DNA of 64,000 nt from a phage: sequence record MZ956761.1; one strand, given 5' to 3'. Positions 37,087 to 46,248 of this stretch are shown piece by piece (position 1 is the first letter of the stretch; every line of letters starts with the position of its first letter). Below the pieces are notes generated by a model. That model ran no database searches. It saw nothing but the letters and a program-made list of their open reading frames with translations, and was not told the DNA's origin. A program made the position numbers and the translations under genes.

Positions 37087-38900
37087 CAATTGAAAAAGAA
37101 ATTGAAGGATTGATTCATAAAACTAATAAAGACCTTTTGAACGAGAATGCTAATAAAGATTCTCGTGTTTTTCCAACTCAACGGGACCTTATGGCTGGTA
37201 TTGTGTCTAAACACATTGCCAAAAATATGGTCCCGTCTTTTATTATGAAAGCGCATGAAAGCGGAATTATCCATTTCCATGATATTGATTATTCCCCTGC
37301 TCTTCCATTTACTAATTGCTGTTTAGTAGATTTAAAAGGAATGCTTGAAAACGGATTTAAGCTCGGTAATGCGCAGATTGAAACTCCTAAATCAATTGGC
37401 GTTGCTACTGCAATTATGGCACAAATTACTGCGCAGGTTGCTTCCCATCAATATGGCGGAACAACTTTTGCGAATGTAGATAAAGTACTTTCTCCTTATG
37501 TTAAACGCACCTATGCAAAACATATTGAGGATGCAGAAAAATGGCAAATCGCTGATGTGTTGAATTATGCCCAATCTAAAACAGAAAAAGACGTATACGA
37601 TGCATTCCAAGCTTATGAATATGAAGTAAATACTCTCTTTAGTTCAAACGGACAAACGCCTTTTGTAACAATTACATTTGGTACGGGAACTGACTGGACT
37701 GAACGAATGATTCAGAAAGCAATTCTGAAAAATCGTATTAAAGGTCTTGGTCGTGATGGGATAACTCCTATTTTCCCTAAGCTTGTTATGTTCGTTGAAG
37801 AAGGTGTTAATCTTTATAAAGACGATCCGAACTATGATATTAAGCAGCTTGCTCTAGAGTGTGCAAGCAAAAGGATGTATCCTGATATTATTTCAGTTAA
37901 GAACAATAAAGCTATCACTGGTTCATCTGTTCCTGTTTCTCCAATGGGTTGCCGTAGTTTCTTGAGCGTATGGAAAGATTCGACTGGTAATGAAATTCTT
38001 GATGGGCGTAATAATCTTGGTGTTGTAACACTGAATCTTCCTCGTATTGCGTTAGATTCTTATATTGGAACACAGTTTAATGAACAGAAATTTGCCGAAT
38101 TGTTCAATGAACGAATGGATTTGTGTTTTGAAGCTTTGATGTGTAGAATTAGTTCCTTAAAAGGAGTTAAAGCGACTGTTGCTCCTATTCTTTACCAAGA
38201 AGGTGCATTCGGGGTTCGTCTTAAACCTGATGACGACATAATTGAGTTATTTAAAAACGGTAGAAGTTCAGTGTCCTTAGGATACATTGGTATTCACGAA
38301 TTGAATATTCTTGTCGGTCGTGATATTGGACAGGAAATTTTGACTAAAATGAATGCTCGTCTTAAGCAGTGGACTGAAAGAACCGGTTTTGCTTTTAGCT
38401 TGTATTCTACTCCTGCTGAAAACCTGTGCTATCGCTTCTGTAAACTTGATACTGAGAAATATGGAAGTGTAAAGGATGTTACTGATAAAGGCTGGTACAC
38501 TAACAGTTTCCATGTTTCAGTAGAAGAAAATATTACTCCGTTTGAAAAGATTTCTCGCGAAGCCCCATATCATTTCATTGCGACAGGCGGTCACATTTCT
38601 TATGTTGAACTTCCTGATATGAAAAATAACTTAAAAGGTCTTGAGGCTGTATGGGATTATGCTGCACAACATTTAGATTATTTTGGTGTTAACATGCCAG
38701 TAGATAAATGTTTTACATGTGGAAGTACACATGAAATGACTCCTACTGAAAACGGATTTGTTTGTTCTATTTGTGGAGAAACTGATCCTAAAAAGATGAA
38801 CACAATAAGAAGAACTTGTGGTTATTTGGGAAATCCGAACGAACGCGGATTTAATCTCGGCAAAAATAAAGAAATCATGCATAGGGTTAAACACCAATGA
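37083..38900 (+). CDS. nrdD: Anaerobic ribonucleotide reductase NrdD
   Basis: 605 aa continuous ORF; C-terminal CxxC...CxxC and glycyl-radical region; followed by nrdG. Confidence 0.9.
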   Translation: MTIEKEIEGLIHKTNKDLLNENANKDSRVFPTQRDLMAGIVSKHIAKNMVPSFIMKAHESGIIHFHDIDYSPALPFTNCCLVDLKGMLENGFKLGNAQIETPKSIGVATAIMAQITAQVASHQYGGTTFANVDKVLSPYVKRTYAKHIEDAEKWQIADVLNYAQSKTEKDVYDAFQAYEYEVNTLFSSNGQTPFVTITFGTGTDWTERMIQKAILKNRIKGLGRDGITPIFPKLVMFVEEGVNLYKDDPNYDIKQLALECASKRMYPDIISVKNNKAITGSSVPVSPMGCRSFLSVWKDSTGNEILDGRNNLGVVTLNLPRIALDSYIGTQFNEQKFAELFNERMDLCFEALMCRISSLKGVKATVAPILYQEGAFGVRLKPDDDIIELFKNGRSSVSLGYIGIHELNILVGRDIGQEILTKMNARLKQWTERTGFAFSLYSTPAENLCYRFCKLDTEKYGSVKDVTDKGWYTNSFHVSVEENITPFEKISREAPYHFIATGGHISYVELPDMKNNLKGLEAVWDYAAQHLDYFGVNMPVDKCFTCGSTHEMTPTENGFVCSICGETDPKKMNTIRRTCGYLGNPNERGFNLGKNKEIMHRVKHQ

Positions 38901-39367
38901 ATTATGATAGATTTTATCCTTGCGATTTTGTGAATGGCCCTGGATGCAGGGTCGTTCTTTTCGTTACAGGTTGTTTGCATAAATGCGAAGGGTGTTATAA
39001 TAAATCAACATGGAATGCTAGAAACGGTGTTCCATTCACTGGTGAAACGCTGGAACAATTAATTGAATGTTTGAATAATGATTATATAGAAGGATTAACT
39101 ATAACTGGAGGAGACCCTCTCTATCCTGATAACCGAGATGTTGTTCATTGCATTGTTCAAACAGTAAAAAATCTTTATCCCAATAAAAGCATTTGGTTGT
39201 GGACAGGATATAAGTTTGAAGATATTAAACAACTAGAAATGCTTAAATATGTTGATGTTATTATTGATGGGAAGTATGAGAAAAATCTTCCGACTAAAAA
39301 GCTGTGGCGAGGATCAGATAATCAGCGACTTTGGTCAAATACCGATGGGGTGTGGAAACATGATTAA
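38897..39367 (+). CDS. nrdG: Anaerobic RNR activating enzyme NrdG
   Basis: 156 aa; radical-SAM cysteine cluster CLHKCEGC. Confidence 0.9.
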   Translation: MNYDRFYPCDFVNGPGCRVVLFVTGCLHKCEGCYNKSTWNARNGVPFTGETLEQLIECLNNDYIEGLTITGGDPLYPDNRDVVHCIVQTVKNLYPNKSIWLWTGYKFEDIKQLEMLKYVDVIIDGKYEKNLPTKKLWRGSDNQRLWSNTDGVWKHD

Positions 39368-39482
39368 ATTGAATTATATTATGGACACTATAAATGATAT
39401 GATTTTTCATTTTGGTCCAGAATTTTATTCGCAATATAGTTTAGTGCTTATCAATGCTTGGTTAATCAATTAAGGGTAAAAT

Positions 39483-39695
39483 ATGTATAAATTTCGCAAA
39501 GGTTTAGCTGATTTTCTTACAACTGTAACATTCTTTCTGTTTATGGCAGTTGGAGCTATTTTCCTTATTCCTTTTATTGCTATATTTTTCGTGATTAGTT
39601 TGATTTCTCCAGAAAAAGGACTGTCTTCTAGCGAGTTCAATGAGCGTCTGGATAAAATTACTAATAAGCTGAATGCTGCTCTTAGTAAGGAATAG
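39483..39695 (+). CDS. Small membrane protein
   Basis: 70 aa with one long hydrophobic helix. Confidence 0.45.
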   Translation: MYKFRKGLADFLTTVTFFLFMAVGAIFLIPFIAIFFVISLISPEKGLSSSEFNERLDKITNKLNAALSKE

Positions 39696-39697
39696 TT

Positions 39698-40006
39698 GTG
39701 AAACAAAACAAGATTGAAGTCTATGGAATTCCAGATGAAGTAGGTCGTTGTCCTGGATGTCAATCAGTTACAAAACTTCTAAAGGAGCTCAATGCTCCTT
39801 TTACTTTCTATAAAGTTCTTACAAATAATGGTAAGATTGAGTATGATCGTCCACTGATTGTATCTCTTGCTAAACGCGCTGGATTCACATCTCTTAACAT
39901 TCGTTATCCAGTCATTTTCATTAATGATTCTAGACAAAAGAACATTAAACACTTCAAAGAAACTCTCATTTCACTCGGATATGATAGAGATATCATAGAA
40001 GACTAA
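39698..40006 (+). CDS. nrdH: Glutaredoxin-like protein (NrdH-like)
   Basis: 102 aa, GTG start; CPGC redox motif. Confidence 0.6.
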   Translation: MKQNKIEVYGIPDEVGRCPGCQSVTKLLKELNAPFTFYKVLTNNGKIEYDRPLIVSLAKRAGFTSLNIRYPVIFINDSRQKNIKHFKETLISLGYDRDIIED

Positions 40007-40010
40007 GACG

Positions 40011-40030
40011 GGCCCTCTGGGCCTTTCTTT
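40011..40030 (+). terminator. Rho-independent terminator
   Basis: ggccc-tct-gggcc hairpin plus tttcttt. Confidence 0.55.
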
Positions 40031-40104
40031 CTCACATTCTGTATATTACCATTCTAAGCTATCGTTCCCTTCTTATCGTTCCCTAAAATAATTTTCACAA
40101 AGTT

Positions 40105-40134
40105 GTTTACAAGAAGTTCAAACTGTGGTATTAT
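40105..40134 (+). promoter_or_regulatory. Early promoter (GTTTAC-N18-TATTAT)
   Basis: GTTTAC 40105-40110, TATTAT 40129-40134. Confidence 0.5.
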
Positions 40135-40164
40135 TAACATATGAATTGCCTTTGAGGATTTGAT

Positions 40165-40341
40165 ATGGTTGATAAAGAGATTAAAAGGGATCAGTATTAT
40201 CGTGTTAACGGACATATTGTTATTGTTACAGCAGTAGATGATCTAGATGTTCATTATACTGTACTTAAATGGAATAAACAGATGATTTGCGATCGTGCTG
40301 TATTTAGTTCAGCTGCTAAGGAAATTAAACTCCATGGGTAA
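40165..40341 (+). CDS. Small hypothetical protein (58 aa)
   Basis: ATG 40165 after RBS-like GAGGA; not in track. Confidence 0.3.
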   Translation: MVDKEIKRDQYYRVNGHIVIVTAVDDLDVHYTVLKWNKQMICDRAVFSSAAKEIKLHG

Positions 40342-40627
40342 AACGTATCGTCGTAAAGACTTGAAAGTTCGTGATTATGACTATTTCGGAAAGCGTAAAG
40401 CTCCTGATGGTGTAAGTCATAAAGATATGGTTGAAAACATTTTTCGCTCAGATAAATGGCGTAGAATGAAAGGCATTGATTCAGAAGTTAAAGATGAGCT
40501 AAATCGCCAATTACGTGGTGAAGTAAGAAAGTTGAAAAAATCAGTTTACATTGACGATGATTTTGATTACAATACTTCTCAACGAGTTGCTAAGCGTAAA
40601 TCAAACGAGTGCTATCGTTACAGCTGA
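40334..40627 (+). CDS. Highly basic small protein
   Basis: 97 aa from ATG 40334; Lys/Arg-rich. Confidence 0.4.
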   Translation: MGKTYRRKDLKVRDYDYFGKRKAPDGVSHKDMVENIFRSDKWRRMKGIDSEVKDELNRQLRGEVRKLKKSVYIDDDFDYNTSQRVAKRKSNECYRYS

Positions 40628-40634
40628 GGAAAAT

Positions 40635-40766
40635 ATGAATATCAAACGCATGCTTTTTAAACAAGGATTATACACTTTAAATGTTGCTCCAAAAGGCGAT
40701 ACGACTAAGTGGTCAGTAAATGACTGGATTAAATTTATTGATGAAAATGGTAACTGGAAAATTTAA
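40635..40766 (+). CDS. Small hypothetical protein (43 aa)
   Basis: ATG 40635 with RBS GAGGAAAA. Confidence 0.3.
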   Translation: MNIKRMLFKQGLYTLNVAPKGDTTKWSVNDWIKFIDENGNWKI

Positions 40767-40967
40767 ATGAATCCTGAATCTAAATTATCGCAACGAATTG
40801 CTGAAGCTCGTCGTCAGTTCTTTGAAAATATGATAGCCCAAGGTATTGATGACGAAGTTTTTCTAAACTGGTTTTGGAATCACAAATATTCAAGTTGCTC
40901 AGGAGCAATATTAATATCAGCTGCAATGATGTACGAAGGCTGGAAGGGTGCCAAACAGTTTAGCTAA
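40767..40967 (+). CDS. Hypothetical protein
   Basis: 66 aa. Confidence 0.45.
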   Translation: MNPESKLSQRIAEARRQFFENMIAQGIDDEVFLNWFWNHKYSSCSGAILISAAMMYEGWKGAKQFS

Positions 40968-40984
40968 GGGCTTCGGCCCTTTTT
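40968..40984 (+). terminator. Rho-independent terminator (UUCG tetraloop)
   Basis: gggc-ttcg-gccc plus TTTTT. Confidence 0.7.
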
Positions 40985-41019
40985 GGATAATAAAATTTTA
41001 ACGCAATTGAGGATAATGT

Positions 41020-41346
41020 ATGACTATTCAAATTAAAAACGCCATCAATTCTTATGCATATGATAAAGTAGTCTCTTTGCTAGAAAAAGGCAATATTGTA
41101 ACTCCTCAAATTTTGGATAAATGGGAAAAAGAGCTTCATCAGACGATGAAACAGAATGATCAGAAAATTGGGCGCAATACTGTCCGCGAATTGTTAGTTC
41201 AATATATCTTGTCAGAATTTGATGTTAAAGCTTTTGGTGTAGAATCTAAAGCTTATCAAAAGCATGAAATTTCCGATAAAACTATTCGTCGCATGAAAAA
41301 TCAACGCAAGAAAAAATTTGCTGACCTGAAAATTGCTAAGGTATGA
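41020..41346 (+). CDS. Hypothetical protein
   Basis: 108 aa, basic C-terminus. Confidence 0.5.
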   Translation: MTIQIKNAINSYAYDKVVSLLEKGNIVTPQILDKWEKELHQTMKQNDQKIGRNTVRELLVQYILSEFDVKAFGVESKAYQKHEISDKTIRRMKNQRKKKFADLKIAKV

Positions 41347-41564
41347 ATATGAACGAAGCTCTTATTAACGATTTACGTCTTGCCGGATATGAAGTAAATA
41401 CAAATAGCATTGGTTTAACTCAAATTGAAGGAAATGGATTCATCCTTGAGTATGAATTTAGCCAATGGTGGTTATACGCTAATTATGGCGAATTGATTGA
41501 ATACGTTGACCAGTTTGATTCACTAGATGCAGCTCTTGAAGCGGCTAAGTTGATGAATGCATGA
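41343..41564 (+). CDS. Hypothetical protein
   Basis: 73 aa, ATGA overlap. Confidence 0.45.
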   Translation: MNMNEALINDLRLAGYEVNTNSIGLTQIEGNGFILEYEFSQWWLYANYGELIEYVDQFDSLDAALEAAKLMNA

Positions 41565-41830
41565 AATTTATTAATATTTCTATTACTATTGAAAATTATG
41601 GCATTTTCTATGTTGATCAATACATGAAAATTTCATTTTTCCCAAATAAGACTGGTGTTGGATATTGGGAAAGCCATGTTTCTGAATTAAATGAAAGTGA
41701 ATATGCTAGCACACATGAAAAGTTTTTAGACTTTTTATATCATGCTGATTTAACTAGTCATTATATAGATATTCATGAATTTAAAAAGATGATGGAGAAA
41801 GTGTTCCAAGCATACTGCTTACTTAGATAA
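41561..41830 (+). CDS. Hypothetical protein
   Basis: 89 aa, ATGA overlap. Confidence 0.45.
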   Translation: MKFINISITIENYGIFYVDQYMKISFFPNKTGVGYWESHVSELNESEYASTHEKFLDFLYHADLTSHYIDIHEFKKMMEKVFQAYCLLR

Positions 41831-41908
41831 CTAATATCCTCTATGCTTTAAGATAGATCTTCAAATATTATGATATAATAGATCTATGAATTGAGCTAAG
41901 AGGTGAAA

Positions 41909-42466
41909 ATGTCAGAAACTAAGCCTAAATATAATTACGTAAACAATAAAGAGCTTTTACAAGCTATTATTGATTGGAAAACAGAATTAGCAAATAATAA
42001 AGACCCAAATAAAGTAGTTCGTCAGAATGATACTATCGGATTAGCCATTATGCTTATTGCAGAAGGCTTATCTAAACGTTTCAACTTTTCAGGATACACC
42101 CAATCCTGGAAACAAGAAATGATTGCAGATGGTATAGAAGCTTCTATTAAGGGGCTTCATAATTTTGATGAAACGAAATATAAAAACCCACATGCATATA
42201 TAACTCAAGCTTGTTTTAATGCATTCGTCCAACGTATTAAAAAAGAACGTAAGGAAGTTGCAAAGAAATACAGTTACTTCGTTCACAATGTCTATGACAG
42301 TCGTGACGACGATATGGTTGCGTTAGTAGATGAAACTTTTATTCAAGACATCTACGATAAAATGACGCATTACGAAGAATCAACCTATAGAACACCGGGG
42401 GCTGAAAAGAAAAGTGTTGTAGACGATTCTCCTAGTTTGGATTTTTTATATGAGGCTAACGATTAA
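41909..42466 (+). CDS. 55: Late sigma factor gp55
   Basis: 185 aa from ATG 41909, [20 protein letters not shown]; recognised T4 gp55. Confidence 0.9.
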
Positions 42467-42668
42467 CCTCTCCGGATTCTTGGAAGAAATACCTGAAGTT
42501 GAAGCTATTCCCTATTTACTTAAAATGTATCTCAGGGAAGTTTTAGCTCTTGACATTGATATTGATCCAGAAAATCCGTATGATACCGCTTTTAAATCTA
42601 ATGGTGTAGAATTAAACTATCGGTATCATTTAACAGATGATGATTTTTATTTTATATTAGAGAAATAA
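42450..42668 (+). CDS. Hypothetical protein
   Basis: 72 aa overlapping 3' end of gene 55. Confidence 0.4.
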
Positions 42669-42669
42669 T

Positions 42670-42987
42670 ATGACTGATAAACCCGAAATTAATGATGAAG
42701 TGGAAAAGCTTATTTCTTCTATTGAAGAAAAGAACCGTCTTGAAGCAGAAAGAAAAGCAAATAAGTTATTGTCTAAAAACAAACGCGAACTGAACCGTCT
42801 TTATAAGCACGCTCAGATTGCAGCTGAAAACAATAATTTTGCTCAATACGAATATGCTATCAAGAAAAGTCGGGATATTCTAAAACAGCCATATAACGAT
42901 GAACTCATTAGTATTCTTTGGAAGACTACTAGATCGCAGATTGAGGATATGATTGATGCTTACACATGTAAAATTCAAGCGTCTTAA
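42670..42987 (+). CDS. Hypothetical protein
   Basis: 105 aa helical charged. Confidence 0.5.
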   Translation: MTDKPEINDEVEKLISSIEEKNRLEAERKANKLLSKNKRELNRLYKHAQIAAENNNFAQYEYAIKKSRDILKQPYNDELISILWKTTRSQIEDMIDAYTCKIQAS

Positions 42988-43159
42988 AATTAATGCAGGA
43001 TTTACTGAATCTTTGAATGGTCATCTTTGTGTGAAAATTTCTGAAAAAGAATACCATGATAGTTCAATTAAAGAAGTTAATCCTCCTATTGTAAGAGCAG
43101 ACCCTAATATGAAAGTGTGGGTTGATTCTTATCAAGTCAAAAAATGGTGGCAACTGTGA
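42953..43159 (+). CDS. Hypothetical protein
   Basis: 68 aa. Confidence 0.4.
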   Translation: MMLTHVKFKRLKINAGFTESLNGHLCVKISEKEYHDSSIKEVNPPIVRADPNMKVWVDSYQVKKWWQL

Positions 43160-43162
43160 AAG

Positions 43163-43363
43163 ATGAACGCCCAGACTTGTGAAATAGATTATAATAAAAT
43201 TCGTTCCTCTAAAGTAGAAATGATGAGGCGCTTTAAAGAGTCTCATGATAAAGCTAAAGCAGAAGGAACTATAACATATAAGCGCATAAAATTTAGAAGC
43301 TCTAATGAGCCTCTGTATGGTGTATTATGCGGATAGGAGCTTCGGCTCCTATATTGCTTTATA
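43163..43363 (+). CDS. Small hypothetical protein (66 aa)
   Basis: ATG 43163 in same frame right after upstream stop; 3' end includes ggagcttcggctcc hairpin; absent from track. Confidence 0.35.
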
Positions 43364-43402
43364 AATTTTTGGTAAAATAAACCAAAACAATGAGGATATT
43401 AA

Positions 43403-44605
43403 ATGAAAGTATGCATTTTTATGGCTCGAGGTCTTGAAGGTTGTGGTGTAACTAAATTTTCTCTTGAGCAACGTGATTGGTTTATTAAAAATGGTCATGA
43501 AGTAACTTTGGTTTATGCTAAAGATAAATCATTTACTCGTAACTGCGCGCACGATTATAAATCATTTTCAATTCCGGTTTTATTGGCAAAAGAATACGAT
43601 AAAACACTTAAGCTGGTAAATGATTGTGATATTCTAATTATCAATTCAGTTCCTGCTACTTCAGTTGAAGAAGACACTATTAATAACTATAAAAAAATTA
43701 TTGATAACATTAAACCTTCGGTTCGTGTTGTAGTTTATCAACATGACCATTCTTCTCTTTCTTTGCGACGAAATTTGGGATTAGAAGAAACTGTTCGTCG
43801 AGCTGATGTTATTTTTAGCCATTCTGATAATGGTGATTTTAATAAAGTTCTGATGAAAGAATGGTATCCAGAAACTGTTTCTCTGTTTGATGATATTGAA
43901 GAAGCGCCGACAGTATATAACTTTCAGCCTCCTATGGATATTGCGAAGGTTCGGTCAACCTACTGGAAAGATGTTTCTGAAATTAACATGAATGTCAACC
44001 GTTGGATTGGTCGTACGACTACATGGAAGGGTTTTTATCAGATGTTTGATTTTCACGAAAAACATCTTAAACCTGCAGGACTAAGTACTATTATGGAAGG
44101 TCTGGAACGTTCTCCAGCATTCATTCCTATTAAAGAAAAAGGAATTCCATACGAGTATTATCGTCTTCATCAAGTAGACCAAATTAAAATTGCTCCTAAT
44201 TTGCCAACGCAAATTCTTGACCGTTATGTAAATAGCGAAATGCTTGAGCGTATGAGTAAATCCGGATTTGGTTATCAGTTGAGTAAGTTGGATAAAAAAT
44301 ATCTACAACGTTCTTTAGAATATACTCATCTCGAGCTTGGTGCATGTGGAACAATTCCGGTATTTTGGAAATCTACTGGCGAAAATTTAAAATTCCGTGT
44401 TGATAATACTCCTTTGACCTCACATGATAGCGGTATCATTTGGTTTGATGAAAATGATATGGAATCAACATTCGAGCGTATTAAAGAACTGTCATCTGAC
44501 CGAGCTCTTTATGACCGTGAGCGAGAAAAAGCGTATGAATTTTTGTATCAGCATCAAGATTCAAGCTTCTGCTTTAAAGAACAGTTTGACATTATTACAA
44601 AATAA
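43403..44605 (+). CDS. agt: DNA alpha-glucosyltransferase
   Basis: 400 aa MKVCIFMARGLEGCGVTKFSLEQRDWF; between 55 and 47. Confidence 0.9.
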   Translation: MKVCIFMARGLEGCGVTKFSLEQRDWFIKNGHEVTLVYAKDKSFTRNCAHDYKSFSIPVLLAKEYDKTLKLVNDCDILIINSVPATSVEEDTINNYKKIIDNIKPSVRVVVYQHDHSSLSLRRNLGLEETVRRADVIFSHSDNGDFNKVLMKEWYPETVSLFDDIEEAPTVYNFQPPMDIAKVRSTYWKDVSEINMNVNRWIGRTTTWKGFYQMFDFHEKHLKPAGLSTIMEGLERSPAFIPIKEKGIPYEYYRLHQVDQIKIAPNLPTQILDRYVNSEMLERMSKSGFGYQLSKLDKKYLQRSLEYTHLELGACGTIPVFWKSTGENLKFRVDNTPLTSHDSGIIWFDENDMESTFERIKELSSDRALYDREREKAYEFLYQHQDSSFCFKEQFDIITK

Positions 44606-44607
44606 AG

Positions 44608-44625
44608 GGCTTCGGCCCTTTAGCT
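44608..44625 (+). terminator. UUCG-tetraloop hairpin terminator
   Basis: gggc-ttcg-gccc after agt stop. Confidence 0.55.
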
Positions 44626-44644
44626 TTATACGGAGTTTGATATA

Positions 44645-44785
44645 ATGATATTTCTTGGATATGTGATACTTTTTCTAGCGTTTTATCTATTCGCCAGAGC
44701 ATGTTGGATTGGGTTCTTTAGCACTCCAGATGGATTTATTTCAATAATTTTATTTTGCATTTCAATGACGGTTCTTGATATATGA
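44645..44785 (+). CDS. Small membrane protein (46 aa)
   Basis: Hydrophobic ORF MIFLGYVILFLAFYLFARA; stop overlaps gene 47 ATG. Confidence 0.3.
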   Translation: MIFLGYVILFLAFYLFARACWIGFFSTPDGFISIILFCISMTVLDI

Positions 44786-45801
44786 AAATTTTAAATTTAG
44801 GTGATTGGCATTTAGGTGTTAAAGCCGATGATGAGTGGGTTCAATCTATTCAGCTGGATGGAATTAAACAAGCAATAGAATATTCTAAGAAAAACGGAAT
44901 TACTACATGGATTCAATACGGCGATATTTTTGATGTGCGAAAAGCAATCACGCATAAAACTATGGAGTTCGCTCGTGAAATAGTTCAAATGCTTGATGAT
45001 GCTGGTATTACCCTACATACTGTTGTAGGAAACCATGATATGCACTTTAAAAATACTTTAACTCCAAATGCTTCTACTGAGCTTTTGGCTAAATATCCTA
45101 ATGTTAAAGTATATGATAAGCCTACTACAGTAGATTTTGACGGATGTTTAATTGATTTAATTCCTTGGATGTGTGAAGAAAATACTGGTGAAATTCTTGA
45201 ACACATCAAAACTTCATCTGCTTCTTTTTGCGTTGGTCACTGGGAACTGAATGGATTTTATTTTTATAAAGGAATGAAATCTCACGGTCTTGAACCTGAT
45301 TTCCTTAAGACTTATAAGGAAGTGTGGTCTGGTCACTTCCATACTATCTCTGAGGCTGCTAACGTCAGATATATTGGGACACCATGGACACTAACTGCAG
45401 GTGACGAGAATGACCCTCGTGGGTTCTGGATGTTTGATACAGAAACAGAACGAATGGAATTTATTCCAAACAACACCACCTGGCATCGTCGAATTCAATA
45501 TCCATTTAAGGGAAAAATTGACTATAAAGATTTTACAAATCTATCAGTACGTGTTATAGTAACTGAGGTAGACAAAAATCTAACGAAGTTCGAATCTGAA
45601 CTAGAAAAAGTTGTGCATTCATTACGAGTTGTGTCAAAGATTGATAACTCTGTCGAGTCAGATGATAGTGAAGAAGTTGAAGTTCAATCTCTTCAGACAT
45701 TGATGGAAGAATACATTAATGCAATTCCAGACATCACTGATTCTGATCGCGAAGCACTTATTCAATATGCAAATCAGTTATATGTAGAGGCAACACAATG
45801 A
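44782..45801 (+). CDS. 47: Recombination nuclease subunit gp47 (Mre11-like)
   Basis: 339 aa; phosphoesterase motifs LGDWHLG, GDIFD, GNHD. Confidence 0.9.
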   Translation: MKILNLGDWHLGVKADDEWVQSIQLDGIKQAIEYSKKNGITTWIQYGDIFDVRKAITHKTMEFAREIVQMLDDAGITLHTVVGNHDMHFKNTLTPNASTELLAKYPNVKVYDKPTTVDFDGCLIDLIPWMCEENTGEILEHIKTSSASFCVGHWELNGFYFYKGMKSHGLEPDFLKTYKEVWSGHFHTISEAANVRYIGTPWTLTAGDENDPRGFWMFDTETERMEFIPNNTTWHRRIQYPFKGKIDYKDFTNLSVRVIVTEVDKNLTKFESELEKVVHSLRVVSKIDNSVESDDSEEVEVQSLQTLMEEYINAIPDITDSDREALIQYANQLYVEATQ

Positions 45802-46061
45802 CTTTTGATGAATTTAAAAATGTTATGATGAGTCAGCATTTTGAATGCGAAGTAAAAGATGATATTGGGCATAAAGAAATTATTGAATATTGGTTTGAAC
45901 CGCTAGAGGTTGAAGATAATTGTATTAAAAAGGTTACGGTCTGCACTGACTGGGCTGTATCTTTTAACTTCAACATTTTAGATAATGATACACCTAAATC
46001 ATTACAAGATATGGCTGTATCTTGTATTAAGGATGCATACTGTGAAGTTTTCGACATTTGA
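45798..46061 (+). CDS. Hypothetical protein
   Basis: 87 aa, ATGA overlap with gene 47. Confidence 0.45.
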   Translation: MTFDEFKNVMMSQHFECEVKDDIGHKEIIEYWFEPLEVEDNCIKKVTVCTDWAVSFNFNILDNDTPKSLQDMAVSCIKDAYCEVFDI

Positions 46062-46248
46062 CATTAATGATGAATTCATAGCAAATATTGATTACACCGA
46101 AGAAGATTCTAGATATGTTGGAATAATTTATATCACATCAAAAGCAGCACAAGGCGTTGTTTGCATGGCTGAATTTGATGAATACTTTTTAGATTATGAT
46201 GATATGATAGAATGGTCTAAAAGATACATTAAAAGGAATCTTTTGTGA
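46042..46248 (+). CDS. Hypothetical protein
   Basis: 68 aa from GTG 46042; stop overlaps gene 46 start. Confidence 0.4.
   Translation: MKFSTFDINDEFIANIDYTEEDSRYVGIIYITSKAAQGVVCMAEFDEYFLDYDDMIEWSKRYIKRNLL

Noticed and set aside
39249-39473. 74-aa track ORF overlapping the 3' end of nrdG
   Set aside because: Most of it overlaps nrdG in another frame; only the 37-codon part from ATG 39360 is free, too small and featureless to call
42089-42286. Minus-strand track ORF inside gene 55
   Set aside because: Antisense to the late sigma factor gene, no translation signals
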